NCBI GenBank assembly: GCA_964373795.1
Contig: CAYJVY010000008.1
Location: forward strand, 32,908-64,907
Direction: 5' to 3'
Origin: an uncultured archaeon
GTDB lineage: Archaea; Iainarchaeota; Iainarchaeia; Iainarchaeales; DATDZZ01
DNA length: 32,000 bases
Shown: piece after piece, positions 17,171 to 24,407 of the stretch
How positions within the stretch are numbered: the stretch's first letter is position 1
How the letters are laid out: every line of letters starts with the position of its first letter
Program-made: the position numbers and the translations under genes
Notes under the pieces: model-generated
What the model was told of the DNA's origin: nothing
The model's database searches: none
Seen by the model: only the letters and a program-made list of their open reading frames with translations

Positions 17171-17295
17171 TTCTGCTTTTTCTTTCTTTTCCTAAAGAAA
17201 GAAAAAGTAAGTTGCAAAAAGAAAGAAAAGGTTTAAGAGATTGCAAAAAGAATCAATTGTTTTGGCAATTGCAAAAAAGTTTTTGTGATCAAAAC
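17171..17295 (+). repeat. Copy A of a conserved tRNA-Ser 3'-flank element (partner 23548-23661)
   Basis: The first 14 nt are identical in both copies, followed by a hairpin of different length. After that comes an 88-nt ungapped block with 77/88 identities by hand count. The block holds repeated TTGCAAAAAGAA and CAATTG/GCAATTGC palindromes. Confidence 0.8.
17176..17207 (+). terminator. Perfect 14-bp polypyrimidine/polypurine hairpin 6 nt after tRNA-Ser(UGA); possible 3' processing or termination element
   Basis: CTTTTTCTTTCTTT-TCCT-AAAGAAAGAAAAAG, every position paired. A shorter version sits at the same place after tRNA-Ser(GGA). Confidence 0.4.
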
Positions 17296-17427
17296 ACTTA
17301 GCTCAAAAGCAGACAAAATCTTGTGTGTGTTTTGACTCAGAAATCAAACATTTTGTTTTTGTCTGATTCTGTTTCAAACTCATAAATTCCCTACACGTTT
17401 TATTAAGCTAAAAAGTGGGCGTATATT

Positions 17428-18672
17428 ATGAGAAAAGAAAATTCTGAATTCCATCAATATGAAAAAAAGTTAGAGAATCTTATTAGGAGAATTAAAGGAA
17501 TTTCAACTAAAGGAACAAATGGAAAATGGCCTGCATATAAGTTAACTGAAAAAAACAGAAAGAAACTTTTAGAATATTACGAAAGTCTTTATTCTAGTGG
17601 AGCCAGAAGTATTTCCAGAAAAATTCGGATAATGAGTTCTACTGCACAATTGTTTGGATGGTTGGAAAAAGATTTTGATTTAGTGGAAAAGGAAGACTTG
17701 GTTAAATTGATTGTCAAAATTTCTAGTAAGAAATATTCACCTCATACTATTATGATGTTTAAGGTTTCAATTAAACAGTTTTGGAAATGGCTGTATGGGG
17801 AAGATGAATATCCTAAACTTGTGAGGTTCATTAAGTGTACTGTTAAACATAATGAAAAAAAATTGCCTGAAGACCTTTACTCTGAAGAAGATATTAAAAA
17901 AATCCTTTCAGTTTGTGAGAATCCAATGAATGCGGCTTTGCTTGCTGTAACTTATGAATCTGGTGCTCGTATTGGGGAAATTGGCAATGCAAGAATTGGC
18001 TCGCTTGAGTTTAAGGATATAGAAGCAACGATTGTTTTGAATGGAAAAACTGGTTCAAGAAAAGTGTTGCTCCTAATGTCAGTTCCTTATTTGAAGGAAT
18101 GGCTTTCCTTTCATCCTGGTAGAGATAACAAAAATTCTTCATTGTTTGTTTTAACTGGAAATGTAAATAAAGGTAGTCCTTTAACTTATGGTGCCGCCAG
18201 AAAAATTTTTCGCAATAGTATCGAAAAAGCTGGAATAAACAAAGCTTTTAATCCGCATATTTTTAGGCATTCTCGTGCAACTTTTTTGGCAAAGTATTTG
18301 AATGAGGCTCAGTTGTGTGAGGTTTTTGGTTGGAAGTATGGTTCAAGCGATTCTCCTTCTGTTTATGTTTCTCTTTCGCAAAAACAGATTTATGCTCCAA
18401 TTAAAAAAATTTATGGAATTAAAGTGGATGAAGAAGAAGACAAATCGAAACTAATTCCAAAAAATTGCGAAATCTGCAATCATTTAAACAAACTCGAAAC
18501 TGAGATTTGTTTCAGGTGTTCCAATCCTTTAAGCATGAAAGGAATGCTTGACAAAATGAATTCTTATAAATTACAAAAAGATGTTTTGGATAGCATGCCA
18601 AAAGATGTAATTTTCAAAATATTGGATGATTGGTGGTCAAAAAAGCAAGGTATGACAAATTTTACTAGGTGA
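17428..18672 (+). CDS. Tyrosine recombinase / phage-type integrase with C-terminal zinc ribbon
   Basis: 414-aa ORF. Catalytic-domain motifs GARIGEI (Arg), HIFRHSRATFLA (H-x-x-R) and a late SVYVSL Tyr candidate. C-terminal CEICNH...CFRCSNPL. Confidence 0.8.
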   Translation: MRKENSEFHQYEKKLENLIRRIKGISTKGTNGKWPAYKLTEKNRKKLLEYYESLYSSGARSISRKIRIMSSTAQLFGWLEKDFDLVEKEDLVKLIVKISSKKYSPHTIMMFKVSIKQFWKWLYGEDEYPKLVRFIKCTVKHNEKKLPEDLYSEEDIKKILSVCENPMNAALLAVTYESGARIGEIGNARIGSLEFKDIEATIVLNGKTGSRKVLLLMSVPYLKEWLSFHPGRDNKNSSLFVLTGNVNKGSPLTYGAARKIFRNSIEKAGINKAFNPHIFRHSRATFLAKYLNEAQLCEVFGWKYGSSDSPSVYVSLSQKQIYAPIKKIYGIKVDEEEDKSKLIPKNCEICNHLNKLETEICFRCSNPLSMKGMLDKMNSYKLQKDVLDSMPKDVIFKILDDWWSKKQGMTNFTR

Positions 18673-18730
18673 TTGTCGAAGTTAGAAGAATGTTTTTATT
18701 TGTTTTTGAATTGAATTTGGATTGGTTTCA

Positions 18731-20083
18731 ATGAATTTTAAGGAATCTCAAACAATTGAGTTGAAGAGTTCTTTGTCTCAATTGGATAAGTCTTTGGAAG
18801 GCATTTGTGCTTTTCTTAATCACGAGGGCGGAAGGATTTATTTTGGTGTTTCTAATTCTGGTCAATTTCTTGGTTTGGATGTTAGTGATTCTAGTTTGAG
18901 AAAAATTTCTCAAAAGATTGTTTCAAAAATTAAACCAGAGTTTGTCCCTCTGATAAGAGAGTTAAATGTTGAAGGTAAATCAATTATTGAGGTTGTAGTT
19001 CCTGAGGGAATTGATAAGCCTTATTTTTTGGACGGCATTGCTTTTGTGAGAATTGGTTCTGAGAATAGGATTATTCCCCCTGCAGAGTTAAAGAAAATGA
19101 TTTTATTATATGGGCAAAAGAATTGGGATTTTGAGATTTGTAATGATGGTAAATTGGAAGACATTGATTTTAAAAAAGTTAAATGGTATTTGAAAGAGAG
19201 GGAAAAGCATAGGAATGTTTCTAGTAAACTTAATATTTCATTTGAGGAATTGTTGACTAATTTGAAGTGTTTGAGAAATGGCAAGCCAACTAATGCTGGA
19301 ATTTTGTTTTTTGGCAAATACCATCAAAGATTTTTTACTAATGCTGATTTACGCGTAATTAAATTCAAGGGACTTGATGTAATTAACCCTACTTTGGATA
19401 GTGTAACTTGTCAAGGTAGTTTGCCTGAAATGATTGGTTTGAGTGAGGATTTTGTTAGAAAAAATATCCGTTTGCTTGGAACGCGTACTTCCAAAAGTTT
19501 TCGTAGGGAGGATAAATTTGAGTATCCAATTGATGCTGTTCGTGAAGCCATAATTAATGCATTGATTCACCGCAATTATTTCACGTCAAGCGATGTTAGG
19601 GTTTTCATTTTTGATGACAGACTTGAAGTAATTAATCCTGGAACTTTTCCTAATGGGATTACTCCAGAAAAACCCCGCCACAAAGCAGTTAATGAAATCC
19701 TTTGCAGTTTGGTTTATGATGTTGGTTTGATTGAAAAATACGGTTCAGGAATTAAAATGATGAACTATCTTTCAAAAGAATGGGGAAATAAGCAGCCATA
19801 TTATGACTTGCACGAAGTTGAAACAAAAATAGTATTTGAATCCCAAATCAAAGAATCAACTTATGTTGAAACAATGGAGAGCATTAGTGGATTAAATAGC
19901 AGACAAAAAGAAGCACTAAGGTTAATGAAACATAAAGGTGAAATATTTACTAATAAGAAATATAGGGAATACTTTAATGTTGGAAGAGCCACTGTAAATC
20001 GTGATTTAGAAAACCTTTTAAAAATTGGTTTAATTGATAAAATTGGTGTTGGAAAAGCAATTAAGTATGTGTCAAAAAAATGA
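18731..20083 (+). CDS. AlbA_2 (Schlafen-like) domain protein with HATPase_c_4-like module and C-terminal wHTH (often annotated as RecG-like putative DNA-binding protein)
   Basis: ATG at 18731 preferred over the TTG at 18722 in the track. ESQTIELKSSL and CAFLNHEGGRIYFGV are typical of the AlbA_2 domain. REAIINALIHRNY is typical of HATPase_c_4. C-terminal LNSRQKEALRLMK...VGRATVNRDLENLLKIGLI is wHTH-like. Confidence 0.75.
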   Translation: MNFKESQTIELKSSLSQLDKSLEGICAFLNHEGGRIYFGVSNSGQFLGLDVSDSSLRKISQKIVSKIKPEFVPLIRELNVEGKSIIEVVVPEGIDKPYFLDGIAFVRIGSENRIIPPAELKKMILLYGQKNWDFEICNDGKLEDIDFKKVKWYLKEREKHRNVSSKLNISFEELLTNLKCLRNGKPTNAGILFFGKYHQRFFTNADLRVIKFKGLDVINPTLDSVTCQGSLPEMIGLSEDFVRKNIRLLGTRTSKSFRREDKFEYPIDAVREAIINALIHRNYFTSSDVRVFIFDDRLEVINPGTFPNGITPEKPRHKAVNEILCSLVYDVGLIEKYGSGIKMMNYLSKEWGNKQPYYDLHEVETKIVFESQIKESTYVETMESISGLNSRQKEALRLMKHKGEIFTNKKYREYFNVGRATVNRDLENLLKIGLIDKIGVGKAIKYVSKK

Positions 20084-20116
20084 GGCGCAAAATGAGGCGC
20101 AAAATGAGGCGCAAAA
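20081..20116 (+). repeat. Perfect tandem repeat, 3 x 12 nt (TGAGGCGCAAAA), starting at the stop codon of the AlbA_2 gene
   Basis: Read directly: tgaggcgcaaaa at 20081-20092, 20093-20104 and 20105-20116. The core GAGGCGC is GC-rich in an AT-rich spacer. Confidence 0.95.
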
Positions 20117-20430
20117 CAAATCTAGTTAATTAAAAAATTGCCTTATTCTTGGAATTTTGGGTTATATGCTTTCCATTTTGGTTGTTCTTTTTCTTTTGTT
20201 ATTTTTTCTATATATTTTTTGAATTGTGTTATATCTGAGTCTGATTCAATTTTTTTTTATGTAAAATTAATTTTTTCGCGCATTAAAATTATTTAAAGCA
20301 CGGGACTTATTTTTGTTTAAGTCCTATTATTTTTATAGTTGTTTTTCTAATCTTGGTTTATAATGAAGAGATATTTAAACATTTGTTTGAATTCATTGTT
20401 ATATGGTGGGGCTGTAAAGGAGTTTTGTAA

Positions 20431-21666
20431 ATGACTTTTGAGAGTATGAATTTTAGTAGAGAAATAAAAGATGCAATTAAAAGAATGGGTTATACTGAGC
20501 CTACCTTTGTGCAGACTAGTACTATTCCTTTGATGCTTGCAGGGCATAACGTGATTGTGGAAAGCCATACTGGGAGTGGGAAAACACTTGCTTTTGGAAT
20601 ACCTATTTCTGATAATATTTTAACTGGGAAATCAAAAGCAGCATTAGTGCTTTGCCCTACCCATGAACTTGTAGTACAAGTAAGAGATGAGATTCGCAAA
20701 ATCAATCACAATATTGGCATAAATATTTTTGCATTTTATGGCGGCCATGGAATGTCTTCTGAAATTAAAGCCATATCAAATGGAATAGATATTTTGTGTG
20801 CTACTCCTGGAAGGCTTTTAGATCATTTCAAGCAAAACAATTTAGATCCAAACATGTTTGACACTGTTGTATTAGATGAGGCTGACAGAATGCTTGACAT
20901 GGGTTTTATTCAGGACTTGCGTCAAATTTTGAATTATGTAAGGCCTTCAAAAGTGCATTTATTTTCAGCAACTCTTGATAAAAGTGTTGCAAAACTTATT
21001 CATGAATACATTCCAATTTATGAAGAAGTAATAGCTACTGAAAACCTTGTTGGTAAAAATATTTTTGAAAGACATATTAAGGTTTCAAGAGACAAAAAAT
21101 TAGATGCGTTAGTTGAAATAATAAAAGAAGCCAAGAATGGAAGAGTATTGGTTTTTGTTTCAACAAAAAGAGGAGCAGATTTTATTTCTTCACGGCTTTC
21201 AAGAATGCATTACAAAGTTGAAGCAATTCATGGAGATAAAAGCCAAAGATCAAGAGACTTTGCTTTACAGAACTTCAAGCATGGGAAAAAAAATATTTTG
21301 GTTGCCACTGATGTTGCTGCACGAGGTTTACAGATTGATAATGTTGAATATGTAGTAAACTATGACTTGGCTAACAGTGCTGACATGCATAAGCATAGAA
21401 TTGGTAGAACTGGTAGAATGGGTGAAATAGGTCATGCAATTACCTTTGTTAACGAACTAGGACAAATAATTGAAAGCTCTAAATTTCATAAAAGGGGTGT
21501 TGAGAGAAATAACTGGAGGGGCCCTGGAAGAGATAGATTTAATTCCCTTCAAAGAGGTGAAGACAGTAGAGGTCGTAGTTTCACTTCGAGCAGTCATTTC
21601 AATAAACGGCCTATCAGACACCATAATTTCAGGCACAGAAATGAAAGACGCTTTAGCAACTCTTGA
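20431..21666 (+). CDS. DEAD-box ATP-dependent RNA helicase with Arg/Gly/Ser-rich C-terminal tail
   Basis: 411-aa ORF. Q motif PTFVQ, motif I HTGSGKTLAF, motif II VLDEADRMLD, motif III SAT, motif VI HRIGRTGRMG. GGAG SD upstream. Confidence 0.9.
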   Translation: MTFESMNFSREIKDAIKRMGYTEPTFVQTSTIPLMLAGHNVIVESHTGSGKTLAFGIPISDNILTGKSKAALVLCPTHELVVQVRDEIRKINHNIGINIFAFYGGHGMSSEIKAISNGIDILCATPGRLLDHFKQNNLDPNMFDTVVLDEADRMLDMGFIQDLRQILNYVRPSKVHLFSATLDKSVAKLIHEYIPIYEEVIATENLVGKNIFERHIKVSRDKKLDALVEIIKEAKNGRVLVFVSTKRGADFISSRLSRMHYKVEAIHGDKSQRSRDFALQNFKHGKKNILVATDVAARGLQIDNVEYVVNYDLANSADMHKHRIGRTGRMGEIGHAITFVNELGQIIESSKFHKRGVERNNWRGPGRDRFNSLQRGEDSRGRSFTSSSHFNKRPIRHHNFRHRNERRFSNS

Positions 21667-21793
21667 AAGTTAAATTTTGTTCAATTCATGCCCTTGTTTG
21701 CGTTTTTCTTGCATTTAAATTAGTTTTTGCATTTTAAGGTAGCTTGCTTATTAAAGGAGAAATAATTTAAATGTTTTTTACTTCAATTATTTA

Positions 21794-22456
21794 ATGTCTA
21801 AAGAAGAGTTAAACCAGTTTACAGTTAAATTAATTATAGTGGTTTTATTTGCATTGCTTGTAGCAGTAATTGCTCAGCAAACCTTTTTCAAGCAACCGCC
21901 TTCCAATCAAAATAATTCTCAAGACAAAAACGTTGACTTGAATAATGATTCTTCTCCAAGTTTTGATATCAATAAAGGGGTTTCAAAAAAACTAAATGAA
22001 GTTGAATTAGGAGACAAAGTTAAAGTTGATTATTCTTTAACTCTTCCCACTGGGCAAACAGTTGATTCAACTCTTGCTAGTGGAAAGCCTTTTATTTTCA
22101 CTGTTGGAAGCAATGAAGTTATTCCAGGATTTAATAAAGCAGTTTTAGGAATGAAGTTAAACGAGCAAAAAAATGTTACAATTTTGCCAGGAGAAGGATA
22201 TGGAGAGCTAAGCCCTGAATTCACTGAAGTATTTAATAAAAATGTTTTAATTGCAACTGGCTTGGATGCAAATGAATTATTAGCAGGAATATTCATTCAA
22301 ATAACTGACTCTAAAGGAAAACAAAAAACTGGAAAAATTTTAAAAATTGGAGGAGACATAGTTGAAGTAGATTTTCACCCAAATAATTCTCACCCATTTT
22401 ATGACAAAGAATTAGATTTTTGGATTAAGGTTTTAGAAATTCAAAAAAGAAGTTGA
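21794..22456 (+). CDS. Membrane-anchored FKBP-type peptidyl-prolyl cis-trans isomerase (SlyD-like with insert-in-flap)
   Basis: 220-aa ORF. N-terminal TM LIIVVLFALLVAVIA. GDKVKVDYSLTL...GKPFIFTVGSNEVIPGFNKAVLGMK...PGEGYGE. C-terminal VDFHPNNSHPFYDKELDFWIKVLEI, the NHPLAGK-like element. Confidence 0.8.
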   Translation: MSKEELNQFTVKLIIVVLFALLVAVIAQQTFFKQPPSNQNNSQDKNVDLNNDSSPSFDINKGVSKKLNEVELGDKVKVDYSLTLPTGQTVDSTLASGKPFIFTVGSNEVIPGFNKAVLGMKLNEQKNVTILPGEGYGELSPEFTEVFNKNVLIATGLDANELLAGIFIQITDSKGKQKTGKILKIGGDIVEVDFHPNNSHPFYDKELDFWIKVLEIQKRS

Positions 22457-22460
22457 TTTA

Positions 22461-22877
22461 ATGACTGAAAACTGTATTTTTTGTAAAATTATTTCAAAAG
22501 AAATTCCTTCAAACATTGTTTTTGAAGATGACTCTGTAATGGCTTTTCTTGACATTAATCCAATTAGTGAAGGACATACACTTGTATTGCCTAAAAATCA
22601 TTCAATTGATTTCCTTGAATTAGATAAAAATGTTTTAAGTGATTTAACCATTAAAACCCAATTCATTGCTGAAAAAATTAAAAAAGTTCTAAAAGCAGAC
22701 GGAATAAATATTTCCTTCAATATTGGCAGAGCTGCAGGGCAAATAATTTTTCACACCCATGTTCATGTAATTCCAAGATATGAAAACGATGGACTTAAAG
22801 GATGGAGCAGGCATTCAGAATTAACTTCAATTGATTTCAAAGAAATGGCTGAAAAAATTAAAAAAGAATTCCAATGA
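22461..22877 (+). CDS. HIT-family (histidine triad) nucleotide hydrolase/transferase
   Basis: 138-aa ORF. CIFCKI N-terminus. Histidine triad HTHVHVIP. Begins 5 nt after the FKBP stop. Confidence 0.9.
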   Translation: MTENCIFCKIISKEIPSNIVFEDDSVMAFLDINPISEGHTLVLPKNHSIDFLELDKNVLSDLTIKTQFIAEKIKKVLKADGINISFNIGRAAGQIIFHTHVHVIPRYENDGLKGWSRHSELTSIDFKEMAEKIKKEFQ

Positions 22878-23356
22878 CTGAAATAAATGTATTAAATTCA
22901 ATTAAAGAATTACTTGAAAAAAACAAAATAACCTTTTCTGTTTATTCTCATGAACCTGTTTTTACTTCTGGGCAAGCTGCAAAAGTTCGCGGAAGAGGAT
23001 TAGAAGAAGGATTAAAAAGAGGTGCAAAAGCAATTATTGTAAGATCTGAAGGAAAATTTTATCAATTCATTATTCCTGCAAACAAGCAACTTGATTTCAA
23101 GAAAGTTAAAAAAATTCTTAAAACAAAAAGCGCTAGTTTTGCTTCAATTGAAGAAGTAAAACAAGTAACCAATTGCACTCCTGGAAGCGTTCCTCATTTT
23201 GGAAATTTATTTAACATCCAAGTTTTTGCAGAAAAATCTTTACTTGAAAACAAAGAAATTGACTTCAATGCAGGAAAACATGAAACAAGCATTACAATGA
23301 AATGTCAGGATTGGATAAAAGTTGTTCAACCACTTATGGAGGAATTCTCGGAATAA
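22874..23356 (+). CDS. YbaK/ProX-type aminoacyl-tRNA trans-editing deacylase
   Basis: 160-aa ORF overlapping the HIT stop (ATGA). GAKAIIVRSEGKFYQFIIPANKQLDFKKVKKIL and CTPGSVPHFG fit the tRNA_edit (YbaK) domain pattern. Confidence 0.7.
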   Translation: MTEINVLNSIKELLEKNKITFSVYSHEPVFTSGQAAKVRGRGLEEGLKRGAKAIIVRSEGKFYQFIIPANKQLDFKKVKKILKTKSASFASIEEVKQVTNCTPGSVPHFGNLFNIQVFAEKSLLENKEIDFNAGKHETSITMKCQDWIKVVQPLMEEFSE

Positions 23357-23463
23357 ATTTTTGCCTCGTCATTCAATCGGGAATTTTTATTTTTGTAAAT
23401 TTTTTTGTTTTTTGTCAACTTTTTAGTGTTTTTCTGAAAAGAAAACACGCTAAAAAAGTTGTT

Positions 23464-23547
23464 GCAGGGATGGCAGAGTGGTCTAATGCGCACGCCTGGA
23501 AAGCGTGTATCTTCACGGATGCACGAGTTCGAATCTCGTTCCCTGCG
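23464..23547 (+). tRNA. tRNA-Ser (anticodon GGA)
   Basis: Hand fold. Acceptor GCAGGGA/TCCCTGC plus G. D arm identical to tRNA-Ser(UGA). Anticodon stem CACGC/GCGTG with loop CTGGAAA. Long variable arm. T arm ACGAG-TTCGAAT-CTCGT. Confidence 0.85.
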
Positions 23548-23661
23548 TTCTGCTTTTTCTTAGGAAGAAAAAGCAAGTTGCAAAAAGAAAGAAAAGGTTT
23601 AAGAGGTTGCAAAAAGAAGCAATTGCTGTTGCAATTATAGAAAAGTTTTTTGGATCAAAAC
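23548..23661 (+). repeat. Copy B of the conserved tRNA-Ser 3'-flank element (partner 17171-17295)
   Basis: See copy A. Followed by another perfect 12-bp hairpin TTTCTTTCTTTT-CAG-AAAAGAAAGAAA at 23662-23688. Confidence 0.8.
23553..23573 (+). terminator. 9-bp polypyrimidine/polypurine hairpin 6 nt after tRNA-Ser(GGA); shortened homologue of 17176-17207
   Basis: CTTTTTCTT-AGG-AAGAAAAAG. Relative to copy A, both arms are shortened symmetrically, so pairing is preserved. Confidence 0.4.
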
Positions 23662-23702
23662 TTTCTTTCTTTTCAGAAAAGAAAGAAAACTTGACTTTTT
23701 GC

Positions 23703-23710
23703 AAAATATA
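23703..23710 (+). promoter_or_regulatory. Candidate archaeal TATA box for tRNA-Leu
   Basis: AAAATATA ends 33 nt upstream of the mature tRNA 5' end. An unusual GC-rich block (GTTGTTCGCGCTCGCCGCGCGTGACG) lies between the TATA box and the tRNA. Confidence 0.3.
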
Positions 23711-23743
23711 GTTGTTCGCGCTCGCCGCGCGTGACGACATTTT

Positions 23744-23827
23744 GCAGGGTTGCTGGAGCGGCCAAACAGGCTAGGTTAAGGACCTAGTGGCTTAGTGCCT
23801 ACACAGGTTCGAACCCTGTACCCTGCA
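23744..23827 (+). tRNA. tRNA-Leu, apparent anticodon AAG (A at wobble position 34)
   Basis: Hand fold. Acceptor GCAGGGT/ACCCTGC plus A. 3-bp D stem CTG/CAG. Anticodon stem CTAGG/CCTAG with 7-nt loop TTAAGGA. Long variable arm TGGCTTAGTGCCTAC. T arm ACAGG-TTCGAAC-CCTGT. A T5 run follows. Confidence 0.75.
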
Positions 23828-23851
23828 TTTTTGAAAACGTGAGGGAAAAAA

Positions 23852-24340
23852 ATGAAGCAAACAACTTTATGTTTTTTAATTGAAGGAAATCCTCCTAAAA
23901 AAATTCTTTTAGGTTTAAAGAAAAGAGGTTTTGGTAAAAATAAATTAAATGGTTTTGGAGGAAAAGTGCAAGAAAACGAATCAATTGAAGAAGCAGTTTT
24001 AAGAGAATTAGAAGAAGAAACAGGAATTAAAGCGCAATTAAAAGGCATTTCAAAGGTTGGAGAACTAACCTTTATTTTTCCTCCACTTGAAAAAGAGCAT
24101 GAATGGAATCAAACAGTTCACATTTTTTTTGTATTCAAATGGCAAGGTCATCCAATTAAATCAGAAGAAATGCAACCTTTTTGGATGAATGTTCAAGAAT
24201 TGCCTTTTGAAAAAATGTGGCAAGACGATAAGTATTGGTTGCCAAAAGTTTTAAACAATAAATTTGTTAAAGGAAAATTTATTTTCAATGAAGACAATGA
24301 ATCATTTAAAGAATTTGAATTAAACGAATTCAATCTTTGA
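23852..24340 (+). CDS. NUDIX hydrolase, MTH1/NUDT1-like (oxidised purine nucleoside triphosphatase type)
   Basis: 162-aa ORF. [41 protein letters not shown] closely parallels human MTH1 as recalled ([41 protein letters not shown]). Downstream [27 protein letters not shown] versus [27 protein letters not shown]. Confidence 0.8.
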   Translation: [162 protein letters not shown]

Positions 24341-24407
24341 ATTTTGTTCTAGTCACTCCTCAAATTTGAACCAAAAGCAATTAATTAAATGAATTAATAA
24401 TTTCTTC

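Larger units (their letters stand above)
17087..20133 (+). mobile_element. Candidate integrative-element remnant: tRNA-adjacent tyrosine integrase plus AlbA_2/HATPase_c_4 cargo gene; boundaries not established
   Basis: The integrase gene begins about 260 nt downstream of a tRNA gene. Inverted repeats lie in the spacer (CAAAACAC/GTGTTTTG and CAGACAAAA/TTTTGTCTG). The cargo gene is of a type common in mobile or defence islands. No classical tRNA-3'-end direct repeat was found. Confidence 0.4.

Noticed and set aside
16991-17236. ORFs overlapping tRNA-Ser(UGA) and its flank (16991-17236 plus strand, 17020-17217 minus strand)
   Set aside because: They read through a well-folded tRNA gene and the Y/R hairpin. 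Their similarity to the ORFs at 23302-23740 only reflects the tRNA-plus-flank duplication.
17330-17375. Shared GTCTGATTC / TCTGAGTC words between the integrase upstream spacer (about 17335-17372) and the spacer after the AlbA_2 gene (about 20235-20252), considered as att core sites
   Set aside because: They are only 8-9 nt long. A chance match between two AT-rich spacers of a few hundred nt each is plausible, and there is no extended flanking similarity.
20081-20116. Tandem 12-mer considered as a CRISPR array
   Set aside because: The units are directly abutting with no spacers, are far shorter than CRISPR repeats, and no cas genes are present.
23302-24048. ORFs 23302-23640, 23415-23612, 23505-23711, 23513-23740 and 23776-24048
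   Set aside because: They overlap tRNA-Ser(GGA), the conserved flank, tRNA-Leu or the start of the NUDIX gene. They are better explained by RNA genes and repeats.
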